A stretch of DNA of 64,000 bases. Origin: Thermoguttaceae bacterium (GTDB taxonomy: Bacteria > Planctomycetota > Planctomycetia > Pirellulales > Thermoguttaceae). The translations under genes were made by a program, and so were the position numbers. The stretch covers positions 66,140 to 130,139 of the forward strand of contig JBDKSW010000019.1 of NCBI GenBank assembly GCA_039698035.1, given 5' to 3'. The notes under the pieces are model-generated. The model saw nothing but the letters and a program-made list of their open reading frames with translations. It was not told where the DNA came from and searched no databases. Positions 38,751-47,814 of the stretch are shown in pieces. Position 1 is the stretch's first letter, and each line of letters starts with the position of its first letter.

Positions 38751-39160
38751 AATCGTTCTCCGAAGCGGTTTGGGTCATCGTGGCCCACGGGCCAACCTAG
38801 ACATTGAGCGTCTGCCTGCTCCCACCCGTAGTTGATTACCTCAAAATCGTGATCGACGTACACGCAAAACGTGTACCCTGGTCGGATCGGAACCGTGACT
38901 CGAAGGTCCGATCCACTCGGGACCCCTGCAACGCAGTAACCATCATCAAACCCTGGTCGTTTCAGATCGTGCCACACGCCAGCGGGTCGCGCTAAAACCT
39001 CGGGCACAAGAAGCCCCGCCAGGTACATTCGCCAGTTCCCACTCTGTCGGTAAGCGTGCCGCAGCCCATCCCTCATGCCATAGGCTTGCGAGCCTTCGCC
39101 CGATGGATGCAGCCCTTGAAACGATGCCATGTCTAGTGGCGTCCAGGCGCGCAAGGGCAT
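38735..39160 (-). CDS. Hypothetical protein (141 aa), no family recognised, first gene of the cassette
   Basis: MPLRAWTPLDMASFQGLHPSGEG...GYTFCVYVDHDFEVINYGWEQADAQ... Its composition is protein-like. It lies downstream of a strong promoter. Confidence 0.6.
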   Translation of the reverse strand: MPLRAWTPLDMASFQGLHPSGEGSQAYGMRDGLRHAYRQSGNWRMYLAGLLVPEVLARPAGVWHDLKRPGFDDGYCVAGVPSGSDLRVTVPIRPGYTFCVYVDHDFEVINYGWEQADAQCLGWPVGHDDPNRFGERLWPTQ

Positions 39161-39231
39161 AGCTTTGTCTGCCTAATCCTAGAGTCTAATTGATGGCAGG
39201 GCAGAAGGGAAGTTCCCGAGTCGTACCGCCG

Positions 39232-39260
39232 ATTTTAACACCCCCCCGGCCAAGCGTCAA
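39232..39260 (-). promoter_or_regulatory. Near-consensus sigma70 promoter of the three-gene cassette (TTGACG-N17-TAAAAT, minus strand)
   Basis: The reverse complement of 39232-39260 reads TTGACG cttggccgggggggtgt TAAAAT. The leader of about 65 nt contains the inverted repeat GGGAAcTTCCC. Confidence 0.6.
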
Positions 39261-39559
39261 GCACCAATCTTAAAGAACTCCACGTTTCCGGCGATAGCCA
39301 CACGGTTGCGTGAATTCCGCGTTTCAAACTGACCCACCACCTGGCGTTTTGCCGCAATGCCGCGTCCGCACGCCAAATAGCCAAGAAATTCCGGCGGCCG
39401 GATGGCAGCGACTCTGGTTGGCTGGCAATTCTGCGTAGGTTTGAGAGGACAGGGAAGATTTTTGCCGTCGTGCCGAGATTGTCACTTCTCCGATTCCTTC
39501 CGCCGATTCACTAGGAATGTATTAGTTCGGCTATTCACTTCAGACAAGGGGGACACGTC

Positions 39560-40624
39560 ATGAAGACGTTCGTGCGCGCTACGATGGCGCTAACAGCAGC
39601 CATCGCCTTGTGTCAGGGAAGCCTGGCGCTGGCTGAGGATTACTACTGGGTATCCGGCGGCGATCAGACCGCCACGGCCGTCGCTGAGCAAAAAGCTCCC
39701 GCGGCCAATCCCACGACGGCTGGCGTCTGCAACGATCAATCCTGCTGCGATCCGTTCTCCAACGACTGCGAGCGGCGCGGCGGCGTGATCGGCCAATTCG
39801 GCTTTGATTCGTTTAAGGGCATTAGCGATGCGCCCGGCGCAAGCAACTTCGGAGCGGTCACCGGCTTCAACCTCGGCTGGCTGCTGCCTGGCGAAGCCGG
39901 CGACCGTGGCCTGGGATTCCAGCTCGGCATGACCTATGGTCTGTACGACTGGGACGGACGCACGGCGCCCCTAGGCTCGACGGTCAACGAAGCCAAAAGC
40001 CAACAGCAGACGTTCCTGACCATCGGTTTCTTCCGTAAGTCGGACGAAGATCACCCGCTGAGCTTCGGCTTGGTTTACGACTACATGTTCAACGAAGGCT
40101 GGGGCGAGTACGCCACCAGCCCGACCCTTGGCCAATGGCGTGGCCAGATCGAATGGGCCTTCAACGAGAACAACGGTTTGGGTGCTTGGGGATGCCTGCG
40201 TGATCGCGATGCCTACAGCACGATCGACTACTCGTCGGTCACTCGCAACCGCAGTGTTAGCCAAGCGAGCTTCTTCTGGCACCACAAGTTCGACTACCCG
40301 GCGCAGAGCTGGCTGTGGGTCGGCGCTCCGCAAACCGATCGCCTGAACGGCGAAGGCAGTCTCTATGGCTGGACCATCGGCGGCGCCTTGCAGGCCCCCA
40401 TCACCGACCGGTTGGCCTGGTACGGCAACTTCGAGTATGCCCGCCCGACCGCCTCGGCTGGCTCGGTCGCTTCGAGCGAGAGCGCTTGGAACGTCGGCAC
40501 CGGAATCCTCTGGTACTTCGGCGGCGGCGCCCACACGCACCAACTCAATGGCGAGCGTTGGACCCCGTACATGCCGGTTGCCAACAACAGCACCTTCCTG
40601 GTGGACCAGCAGACCGGAATCTAG
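39560..40624 (+). CDS. Secreted porin-like / outer-membrane beta-barrel candidate with N-terminal Cys cluster
   Basis: The signal peptide is MKTFVRATMALTAAIALCQGSLALA. An AAGGGGGA SD lies 7 nt upstream. The protein has CNDQSCCDPFSNDC, then alternating aromatic/Gly-rich segments (GFQLGMTYGLYDW, LSFGLVYDYMF, WYGNFEYARP, GTGILWYFGG). Confidence 0.6.
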   Translation: MKTFVRATMALTAAIALCQGSLALAEDYYWVSGGDQTATAVAEQKAPAANPTTAGVCNDQSCCDPFSNDCERRGGVIGQFGFDSFKGISDAPGASNFGAVTGFNLGWLLPGEAGDRGLGFQLGMTYGLYDWDGRTAPLGSTVNEAKSQQQTFLTIGFFRKSDEDHPLSFGLVYDYMFNEGWGEYATSPTLGQWRGQIEWAFNENNGLGAWGCLRDRDAYSTIDYSSVTRNRSVSQASFFWHHKFDYPAQSWLWVGAPQTDRLNGEGSLYGWTIGGALQAPITDRLAWYGNFEYARPTASAGSVASSESAWNVGTGILWYFGGGAHTHQLNGERWTPYMPVANNSTFLVDQQTGI

Positions 40625-40666
40625 CCAAGCTGGGGGAGTGTCCCCATTGTCTTTCAATCGCTGAGG

Positions 40667-40694
40667 GGGGCGGCAGCCTCGAAACTGCCGCCCC
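40667..40694 (+). terminator. GC-rich hairpin after the porin-like gene (terminator-like, weak U-tract)
   Basis: GGGGCGGCAG-cctcgaaa-CTGCCGCCCC (10-bp stem), followed by tcgctcatttctt. Confidence 0.45.
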
Positions 40695-40882
40695 TCGCTC
40701 ATTTCTTGGCCCAATCGCGCGCCGCTTGCCCCCCCCAGCAACCTCTCCCGGGCCGTCTGCCTTTTTGCATTCCTAGGGCTGGCAGCGCGGCCCCACCGGG
40801 CCCTCCGCGAAAAAACGGGCCGCGCGGCAGCCCACACCACCCCTCGCTCAGGCCGGACGCCGGCCGGCGTTAAAAACTACCA

Positions 40883-40912
40883 TTGACGGTACTGCCCATC
40901 CTCCAGTATTCT
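40883..40912 (+). promoter_or_regulatory. Candidate sigma70 promoter of the polysaccharide locus (TTGACG-N18-TATTCT)
   Basis: TTGACG at 40883-40888 and TATTCT at 40907-40912, about 50 nt upstream of the wzc ATG at 40964. Confidence 0.45.
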
Positions 40913-40963
40913 CCGCCCCCTATTCATGAGGGAGCAATATTGTCTCTTTTCTCGTGATGCGCC

Positions 40964-43321
40964 ATGGTGCAACCAACCGACTCCGCCGCCGTCGAACCTG
41001 AATTCGAGAACCGATCCGGTGCGGAACTCGTCCATTCCGTACTACGATTGGTGTTCGCCGTGCGCTATCGCAAGAATCTGGTGGCCGCCGTCATGACCGC
41101 CGCCGCATTGCTCGGCGGTCTCTATTACGCCACGGCCACGCGCTACTACGCGGCCAAGGCCCAAGTCCTCGTCACGCAACCGCGATCGGATCACTTCGAT
41201 ACGTCTGTGACCAACGAGGAGTCGGTCCGGCAGAACATCATGCCCACGTACGAAAACATCGTACGGAGCGCCAAGGTCATCGAAGGCGCGGTCAACAACC
41301 TGCCGGCCGCCGACCGCATCGACCTGGGGAATCTGGCCAAAGACCACTGGGCCGCGCGCGTCCAAGCCAATCTCGCGGCAAAGGCCATCCGTTCAACCAA
41401 CGTCCTCGAAATCAGCTATCGCTCCCGCGATCCCAAGGTCGCGGTCCACGTCGTGCGCGCCGTCGTCCAGTCCTACCTCGACTTCATGGAATCGATGCAG
41501 CGCGGCACGGCCGGCGACATCAGCCGCATGCTCACCAAGGAGCGACAGACGCAGGCCCAGCAGCTCCAGAAGAAACAGGAAGAGTTGCTCGAAGCGCGAC
41601 GTCGGTTCGCCGACATGGGCTTCCGATCCGATGGCAAGACCCTGCACCCGACCGTTCAGCGGGCCGTCTACTTCAACGACGCTCTGATCGCCGCCCAGAA
41701 GAGACGGGTCGAGGCCGAGGCCCTCCTGGCCGGCATTCAATCCGCCATCCAACGCAAGGAGGATGTCGGCCAATATCTGATGGCCGTCGGCAACGAGGTT
41801 GGCCGCGACCTGTTGATGAGCAATCTGGGCCTCACCGGTCGCGACGGACTCTCGCAAGCCAATATCGAGCAAAACTTGTTGGCCGACCGCGCTCAACTGC
41901 AGACCGTCCAACAGAACCTCGGGCCCAACCATCCCGAAGTCCAGGCGTTGGCCCAACGCGTCCGGCTCACCGAGCAGTATCTCGCCACCACGCAACAACG
42001 ACTCGACGAACGCCTCGCGGCGCTCGGCAAGGGCGAACTCGGCCCTTGGCTCTCACGTCTCGTGCAGCAGAAGCTCGAACAATCGCGTCGCGAGGAGCAA
42101 ACCCTCTCGTCGCGATTCGAGGAAGCCCGAACCGAGGCCATCAACCTCAGCGGCCAGTTGGCTCAAATTGAAATGCTCGAACGCGACGTGAAGCGCTTGA
42201 GCGACATGAACGACGTGCTTCTGAACCAGATCGCCGCCATCGACCTTAAGCAGAACGGCCAGGAAGTCCGCGTCGCTGTCATCGAAGAGCCCACCATCTC
42301 GGCCAAGCCCGTCTCGCCGCGACTCAGTGTCGTCGTGGTCCTGGTGGTCCTTGGCGGCCTTGGCACGGCGATCGGACTGGTGACGCTCTTGGACGTGCTC
42401 GACGACCGTTTCCGGTCCATCGAAGAACTCCAAGGCCGACTGGGACTCCCGCTGCTGAGCATGATCCAACAACTCACGCCGCCGGAAAAGACTGGCCCGA
42501 GGGCCTTGATAACGCACGCCGCGCCCACGTCGGTGGCCAGCGAAAGCTTCCGCACCCTGCGGACCGCCCTGTCGCTGACACACCCCGACGCGCGGCAGAT
42601 CGTCGTGACCAGCGCCGAGCCAGGCGACGGAAAGACGACAACCCTGGCCAATCTGGCCGTCTGTTACGCCCAGGCGAGCAAACGAACGCTTCTGATCGAC
42701 GCCGACATGCGACGGCCCGGCCTGACCGGTCTTATGAACATGCGCGGCCCCCAGGGACTGAGCGAGATCTTGCGATCGGACGGGGACATCGCCGGATGCG
42801 TCAAGGCCCACGTCCGTCGGTCGGGCATCGACGGGCTCGACATCATCCCGTCCGGCCCGCGACCGACCGACCCGGCCGAGTTGCTTGCCAGTCCGCGATT
42901 CTCGCAACTCTTGGCCTGGGCTGAAACCGCCTATGACCTCATTCTGATCGACAGCCCACCGACGTTGGCCACCACCGACACCGCAATCATCGGGCGACTG
43001 GTTGATGGCGTCATCCTTGTCGTGCAGCCGACAAAGAACCGACGCCGTCTGGTCACCCGCGTCGTCGAGCGGCTCGAACTCATGAAGATTCCGCCTCTCG
43101 GAGTGGTGGTCAACCGAACCGGCGCCGAGGGCGACGAAGGCTACTACGGCTATCACAGTTACGGATACGGCTATGGCTACGGAGACAGAGACGACTATGG
43201 GCACGACGAAGCGCCGCGCCCCGTGGACGACAAGAAACGCGCGACATTGTCCACCGGCAGAAAGCCAGATCCCGACGATGACCAAGAACCACCACTGCTG
43301 ATCCCTCGGCGTGCGGCGTAA
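40964..43321 (+). CDS. wzc: Polysaccharide co-polymerase / tyrosine autokinase (Wzc/GumC/EpsG type, PCP-2a)
   Basis: 785 aa. It has a Wzz-type N-terminus with two TMs and a long coiled periplasmic domain. Walker A is SAEPGDGKTT, Walker A' is LLIDADMRRP and Walker B is LILIDSPP. The Tyr-rich tail is EGYYGYHSYGYGYGYGDRDDYG. Confidence 0.85.
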   Translation: MVQPTDSAAVEPEFENRSGAELVHSVLRLVFAVRYRKNLVAAVMTAAALLGGLYYATATRYYAAKAQVLVTQPRSDHFDTSVTNEESVRQNIMPTYENIVRSAKVIEGAVNNLPAADRIDLGNLAKDHWAARVQANLAAKAIRSTNVLEISYRSRDPKVAVHVVRAVVQSYLDFMESMQRGTAGDISRMLTKERQTQAQQLQKKQEELLEARRRFADMGFRSDGKTLHPTVQRAVYFNDALIAAQKRRVEAEALLAGIQSAIQRKEDVGQYLMAVGNEVGRDLLMSNLGLTGRDGLSQANIEQNLLADRAQLQTVQQNLGPNHPEVQALAQRVRLTEQYLATTQQRLDERLAALGKGELGPWLSRLVQQKLEQSRREEQTLSSRFEEARTEAINLSGQLAQIEMLERDVKRLSDMNDVLLNQIAAIDLKQNGQEVRVAVIEEPTISAKPVSPRLSVVVVLVVLGGLGTAIGLVTLLDVLDDRFRSIEELQGRLGLPLLSMIQQLTPPEKTGPRALITHAAPTSVASESFRTLRTALSLTHPDARQIVVTSAEPGDGKTTTLANLAVCYAQASKRTLLIDADMRRPGLTGLMNMRGPQGLSEILRSDGDIAGCVKAHVRRSGIDGLDIIPSGPRPTDPAELLASPRFSQLLAWAETAYDLILIDSPPTLATTDTAIIGRLVDGVILVVQPTKNRRRLVTRVVERLELMKIPPLGVVVNRTGAEGDEGYYGYHSYGYGYGYGDRDDYGHDEAPRPVDDKKRATLSTGRKPDPDDDQEPPLLIPRRAA

Positions 43322-43434
43322 TTTCCTTTCCCCCCGCCATTGGAGCGAGGGCCAAGGTGAGGACGAGTTTGCAGAAGACATGCTTCCTTGCAACGCTTTG
43401 ATGCGGATCGGCCTAGTGATGACTCGGGGCAACC

Positions 43435-45315
43435 ATGCGTGACATTTCCAACCAACCGCAACACGCCTATTGGCGACTGCACGGCCACCTGCTGACCGCC
43501 GCCGGGCTCGCTCCTCTGCTGGTCGGAATCTACTTTCTCTGCTATTGGCTCCGGTTCGAAGGCCAACTGGGCCAGACCGAGCTGACCGGCTTCCGCGCGA
43601 CCGTCGGTTGGGTCGTCGCCTCGCAGTTGGTGTGGTTCATCGCTCTGCGCGCTTGTCGCGGATGGCGGCGATCCGTCACCTTCTACGACCTTGTCGTCCT
43701 GGCGCGAACCGCGACCGCCGCCCTGCTGACGGTCGCCATGATCCAATACCTCTTCGCGCCGCTTCCGGCCGTCCCTCGCAGCGTGCTTCTGCTGGATTGG
43801 GGCGCAACCATCGTGGTCATCGGCGGCGCCCGGTCGTTGCTGCGAGGTGTTCGCGAGCTGCATTGGCGACCCTTTTCCTCAACGGAACCGGTGCGTGTCC
43901 TGATCGCCGGGGCCAGCGAGTTGGGCACATCGACGCTCCACGCGATCCGCGGTCTGACACAGCCGAGCTACCACGTCGTCGGCTTCATTGACGGCAACCC
44001 CGGCATCCGAGGCAACCATATCGAGGGCGTGCCCGTCCTCGGCGATTGTCGCCACGCGCGACAACTGGCGTCCGAACACCGAGTGCGCCAAGTCTTGGTC
44101 ATGCAAGGCGAACTGACCGGACCGCAAATCCGCCAGCTCATCGACGACGTCGGCCGTCTTTGCGAAGTTCGTATCGTTCCCCACTACCAACGACTCATTG
44201 AAGGCTCTGTCACGGTCCAGCCACGGCCCGTCTGCATCGACGACCTCCTGCAGCGCGAGCCCGTCAAACTCGCCATCGCCGACATTCGGCAATGGATCGA
44301 CGGCCGCGTGATTCTTGTCACCGGCAGCGCCGGCAGCATTGGCTCCGAGATCTGCCGCCAGCTGCTTCAATTCGATCCCGAGCGCGTCGTCCTGGTGGAC
44401 CGGGCCGAAACGGCCCAGTTCTTCATCGAACGAGAATTGCAGGCCTTGGCCCCGAACAAGAGGATCGATGTCTGCGTCGCCGACGTGCTCGACGAGACCA
44501 ACATGCGACGCATTCTGATGCGTCATCGGCCGCACGTCATTTTCCACGCCGCAGCCTACAAGCACGTTCCGCTCATGGAACGCCATCCGCAAGAGGCCGT
44601 CAAGAACATCGTGACGGCGACGCGCCGCATGGCCGACCTGGCCGTCGCATTCCACGTCGATTCGTTCGTGCTGATCTCGACCGACAAGGCCGTCAACCCG
44701 ACGAGCGTGATGGGCGCTTGCAAGCGAGCGGCCGAACTTTACGTCCAGTCGCTGGCTGGCCGTGCCTCGGGGCGTTTCGTCACCGTGCGGTTTGGCAACG
44801 TCCTCGACTCGGCCGGCAGCGTCGTCCCGCTGTTTCGCCAGCAGATCGCCGCCGGCGGCCCCCTGACCGTCACGCACCCCGAGGTCCGCCGCTACTTCAT
44901 GACCATTCCGGAAGCCTCGCGGCTCGTGATCCAGGCCGGCGCCATCGGTCAGAGCGGCCAGATTCTCGTCCTCGACATGGGCGAGCCCGTTCGGATTGTC
45001 GATCTGGCCACCGATATGATCCGGCTGTCCGGCCTCCGCGTGGGCGAGGATGTTGCAATCCAATTCACCGGACTTCGTCCTGGCGAGAAACTCTACGAAG
45101 AACTGCACATCGCCGGCGAGCAACGGCTGCCGACCACGCATCCAAAAATCATCGTCGCCACCCATCGGCCGCCCCGGGTCGGCGACGTGCGCCGTGCGAT
45201 TGCCGAGCTGGAGGAGACGGCTCGGATGGAGCCCGAGGCGATCGTCGGCCAATTGAAGCAACTCGTCTGTGGTTACGCCCCAGAGCCCCTGGCCCGCGAA
45301 CGATTGGCGGCCTGA
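43435..45315 (+). CDS. Membrane-bound NDP-sugar 4,6-dehydratase (CapD/WbpM/PglF family)
   Basis: 626 aa. It has 4 N-terminal TMs and a Rossmann motif VTGSAGSIGSE. STDKAVNPTSVMGACKRAAE is typical of the PglF/WbpM class. Confidence 0.85.
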   Translation: MRDISNQPQHAYWRLHGHLLTAAGLAPLLVGIYFLCYWLRFEGQLGQTELTGFRATVGWVVASQLVWFIALRACRGWRRSVTFYDLVVLARTATAALLTVAMIQYLFAPLPAVPRSVLLLDWGATIVVIGGARSLLRGVRELHWRPFSSTEPVRVLIAGASELGTSTLHAIRGLTQPSYHVVGFIDGNPGIRGNHIEGVPVLGDCRHARQLASEHRVRQVLVMQGELTGPQIRQLIDDVGRLCEVRIVPHYQRLIEGSVTVQPRPVCIDDLLQREPVKLAIADIRQWIDGRVILVTGSAGSIGSEICRQLLQFDPERVVLVDRAETAQFFIERELQALAPNKRIDVCVADVLDETNMRRILMRHRPHVIFHAAAYKHVPLMERHPQEAVKNIVTATRRMADLAVAFHVDSFVLISTDKAVNPTSVMGACKRAAELYVQSLAGRASGRFVTVRFGNVLDSAGSVVPLFRQQIAAGGPLTVTHPEVRRYFMTIPEASRLVIQAGAIGQSGQILVLDMGEPVRIVDLATDMIRLSGLRVGEDVAIQFTGLRPGEKLYEELHIAGEQRLPTTHPKIIVATHRPPRVGDVRRAIAELEETARMEPEAIVGQLKQLVCGYAPEPLARERLAA

Positions 45316-45418
45316 TCGGTTCTGGGCAATGCGGCAACGATGCCGCAACATGATTGACAGCAGGAAACACACCGGGTGCCAGCCACCCACGGGAACGGAG
45401 TACGCGCGGACGATACGA

Positions 45419-46750
45419 ATGACGGCGCTGCGAACGCTGAAATCGCACATGGCGGGCTGCCTGCAAACGGCAATGGCATCTCGCACGTTGCGAACCGTTT
45501 CCATCTTTGCCGGCGGCAACCTGATCGCAACCGCATTGGCCATCGTTGGCTCGGTCGTCCAGGCGCGCTATGTCGGTCCCGAAGAGATGGGCGTCTTTCG
45601 CACCTTCTCGATTGTCGTCGGCTATCTGTCTTTCCTGCACCTCGGCACCGTCGACGGTCTCCAGCGGCAACTGCCGTGTCTTCTGGGAAGCGGCCGCCGG
45701 GACGCAGCCGAAAGGGCCGCGAGCGCCTCGTTGGCCTGGACGCTGCTGGTCTCAGCCCTAGGCGGCATTGCGTTCCTCGGCTTGGCTTTGGTCGACGCCC
45801 TGCACGGTCGTTGGATGCACGCGTGCGGCTGGATCGCGCACACCCCGGTCCTTTTCGCGGCACTGTACGGCGTCGGGCTTGGAACGACCTATCGCACCGG
45901 CGGCGATTTCGCCCGACTGTCGACCATCAATATGGCCCAGGCGGTCGTCGGAACACTACTACTGCCATTGGTGCCGCCGCTTCGATATGTTGGTCTGTGC
46001 CTCCGGCTTTTTCTGGTTTCACTGTTTGGCGCCGCCTTGCTGCAGCGATCGTGTCCCTTTCCGATTCGCCGCGGCTTTGGCGTCAAGGACCTCTGGGGCG
46101 TGGTCCGCGTGGGGCTGCCGCTGAGCGTCGTCGGGTACCTGGCCACGTCCTTCTGGTGGTCCCTCGAAAGCTCTCTCGTGTTTCGGCATCTCGGGGTCGA
46201 GGCGCTCGGCTTGTTCACTGTCGTCGTGCTGTTCCGCCAGACGGCGTGCCAACTGCTGCTGAACGTCAATCAGGTGTACATGCCACGAATCGCGGAGCAA
46301 TTCGGCCGGTCGGGTCGGATCACGGACTGTGTCCGGCTCTCGGTAAAACCAACGCTGTTGGCAGCCTTGGCCACGTTGCCGCTCATGGCGATTGGCTGGG
46401 CGTTGGCGCCTGCGGCGATCCGGCTTGCAATGCCGAAGTACGCGGACGCCATTGCCGCGGTTCAGTGGACATTGCCAATGATGCTGGTGTTCGTGCTGAG
46501 ACTGCCGCTTTACTCGCTCCAAGCGTCGGGCCGCTACGTCGATCATGGCGTCAGCGTCGTCTGCGGGATCGTCTGCTTTGTCGCCGCCGCAATCATCGCG
46601 TTTCAGTGGGACGGCGGGCTGGTGGGAATCGTCCTGGCTTCGACGGCCGGACATGTGGCACAAAACGCCGTCTCGTACGTCTTCATCTTTCTGCAAATGC
46701 ACCGAGAGCAAACGGCTTCGGCGGCCATGGCGACGGGAGGGATCTCTTGA
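45419..46750 (+). CDS. wzx: Oligosaccharide flippase (Wzx, MOP/PST family)
   Basis: It has about 12 hydrophobic segments and a typical N-terminus ..SIFAGGNLIATALAIVGSVVQARYVGPEEMGVF. The start is ATG 45419, with 45350 as an alternative. Confidence 0.7.
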   Translation: MTALRTLKSHMAGCLQTAMASRTLRTVSIFAGGNLIATALAIVGSVVQARYVGPEEMGVFRTFSIVVGYLSFLHLGTVDGLQRQLPCLLGSGRRDAAERAASASLAWTLLVSALGGIAFLGLALVDALHGRWMHACGWIAHTPVLFAALYGVGLGTTYRTGGDFARLSTINMAQAVVGTLLLPLVPPLRYVGLCLRLFLVSLFGAALLQRSCPFPIRRGFGVKDLWGVVRVGLPLSVVGYLATSFWWSLESSLVFRHLGVEALGLFTVVVLFRQTACQLLLNVNQVYMPRIAEQFGRSGRITDCVRLSVKPTLLAALATLPLMAIGWALAPAAIRLAMPKYADAIAAVQWTLPMMLVFVLRLPLYSLQASGRYVDHGVSVVCGIVCFVAAAIIAFQWDGGLVGIVLASTAGHVAQNAVSYVFIFLQMHREQTASAAMATGGIS

Positions 46751-46850
46751 TGCCCGCCCTGCAGTCATGGCACACCGCGGCTCGTCCTCGAAACGCCGTT
46801 CGCCAAGGATCGCGTTGCACGGCCAGCCGCCATCTGTCCGGACGACCGTC

Positions 46851-47810
46851 ATGAAGAAGATCGTGCTCTACAATCCCGCGGTTAGCACGATGAACCTCGG
46901 CGACCAAATCATTTGGGATGGCGTGGCCGCCGCGTTGCGGCCGCTTTTTCCCGGAGCGTTTTACGTCGAGATTTCGACCCATTTGCCAGTGTCGCCTTGG
47001 TATATGAGACTGCTAGCCGATGCGGATCTGCGGTTCGTCTGCGGCACCAATCTCATCTCCTCGACCATGAACCGCTTCCGACAGTGGAACGTCAACCTCC
47101 GGACCGCCGGAAGCGTTCGGCCGACGATCTTGCTCGGCGTTGGTTGGTGGCAATATCAGCGGAATCCCAATCTTTACTCCCGACTCCTGATTCGCCGGCT
47201 GCTTTCGAGGACGCATTGGCACAGCGTTCGCGACCAGTACACGGCCGACAAGCTGGCGAGCGTCGGCATCCGCAACGTCGTGAACACGGGCTGCCCGAGC
47301 ATGTGGGGGCTCACGCCCGAGCATTGCCGGACCATTCCGTGCGACAAGGCGCCCAGCGTCATTTTCACGCTGACCGACTACAACCAGTCGCCGGAGGCCG
47401 ACCGACGCCTCATCGCAATCTTGAATCGCAACTATCGGCGCGTGCGGTTTTGGACGCAGGGCTGGAACGACCGCGACTACTTTTTGTCGCTCGAACCCGG
47501 AACGAATATCGAAGTGATTGGGCCGTCCCTCGCCGCGTATGATCGCGCGCTCGACGAAGAGGACGCCGACTATGTTGGCACGCGTCTGCACGCCGGCATC
47601 CGGGCGATCCAGCGACGGCGGCGCGCCCTCATCCTGGGCGTTGACAATCGAGCGGCGGAGAAACAAAAGAGCTTCGGCCTCAACGTGCTCGACCGTCGCC
47701 AACTGGATGAATTGGAAGCCCGCATTCGCCAACCGATCACCACCGAGATCCGGCTGCCTGACGCAAACATCCGCCGTTGGCTCGCCCAGTTCCGCGAGAA
47801 CTCGAATTAG
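46851..47810 (+). CDS. Polysaccharide pyruvyl transferase family protein (WcaK/CsaB-like)
   Basis: I start it at ATG 46851. MKKIVLYNPAVSTMNLGDQIIWDG.. and ..FVCGTNLIS..VGTRLHAGIRAI.. resemble the PS_pyruv_trans fold. Confidence 0.65.
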   Translation: MKKIVLYNPAVSTMNLGDQIIWDGVAAALRPLFPGAFYVEISTHLPVSPWYMRLLADADLRFVCGTNLISSTMNRFRQWNVNLRTAGSVRPTILLGVGWWQYQRNPNLYSRLLIRRLLSRTHWHSVRDQYTADKLASVGIRNVVNTGCPSMWGLTPEHCRTIPCDKAPSVIFTLTDYNQSPEADRRLIAILNRNYRRVRFWTQGWNDRDYFLSLEPGTNIEVIGPSLAAYDRALDEEDADYVGTRLHAGIRAIQRRRRALILGVDNRAAEKQKSFGLNVLDRRQLDELEARIRQPITTEIRLPDANIRRWLAQFRENSN

Positions 47811-47814
47811 CTCG

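Noticed and set aside
38100-39560. The AT-shifted segment as a prophage remnant or IS element
   Set aside because: I recognised no integrase, transposase, terminal inverted repeats, flanking direct repeats or tRNA target. Only the small three-gene cassette is present, so I report it as a cassette rather than a mobile element.
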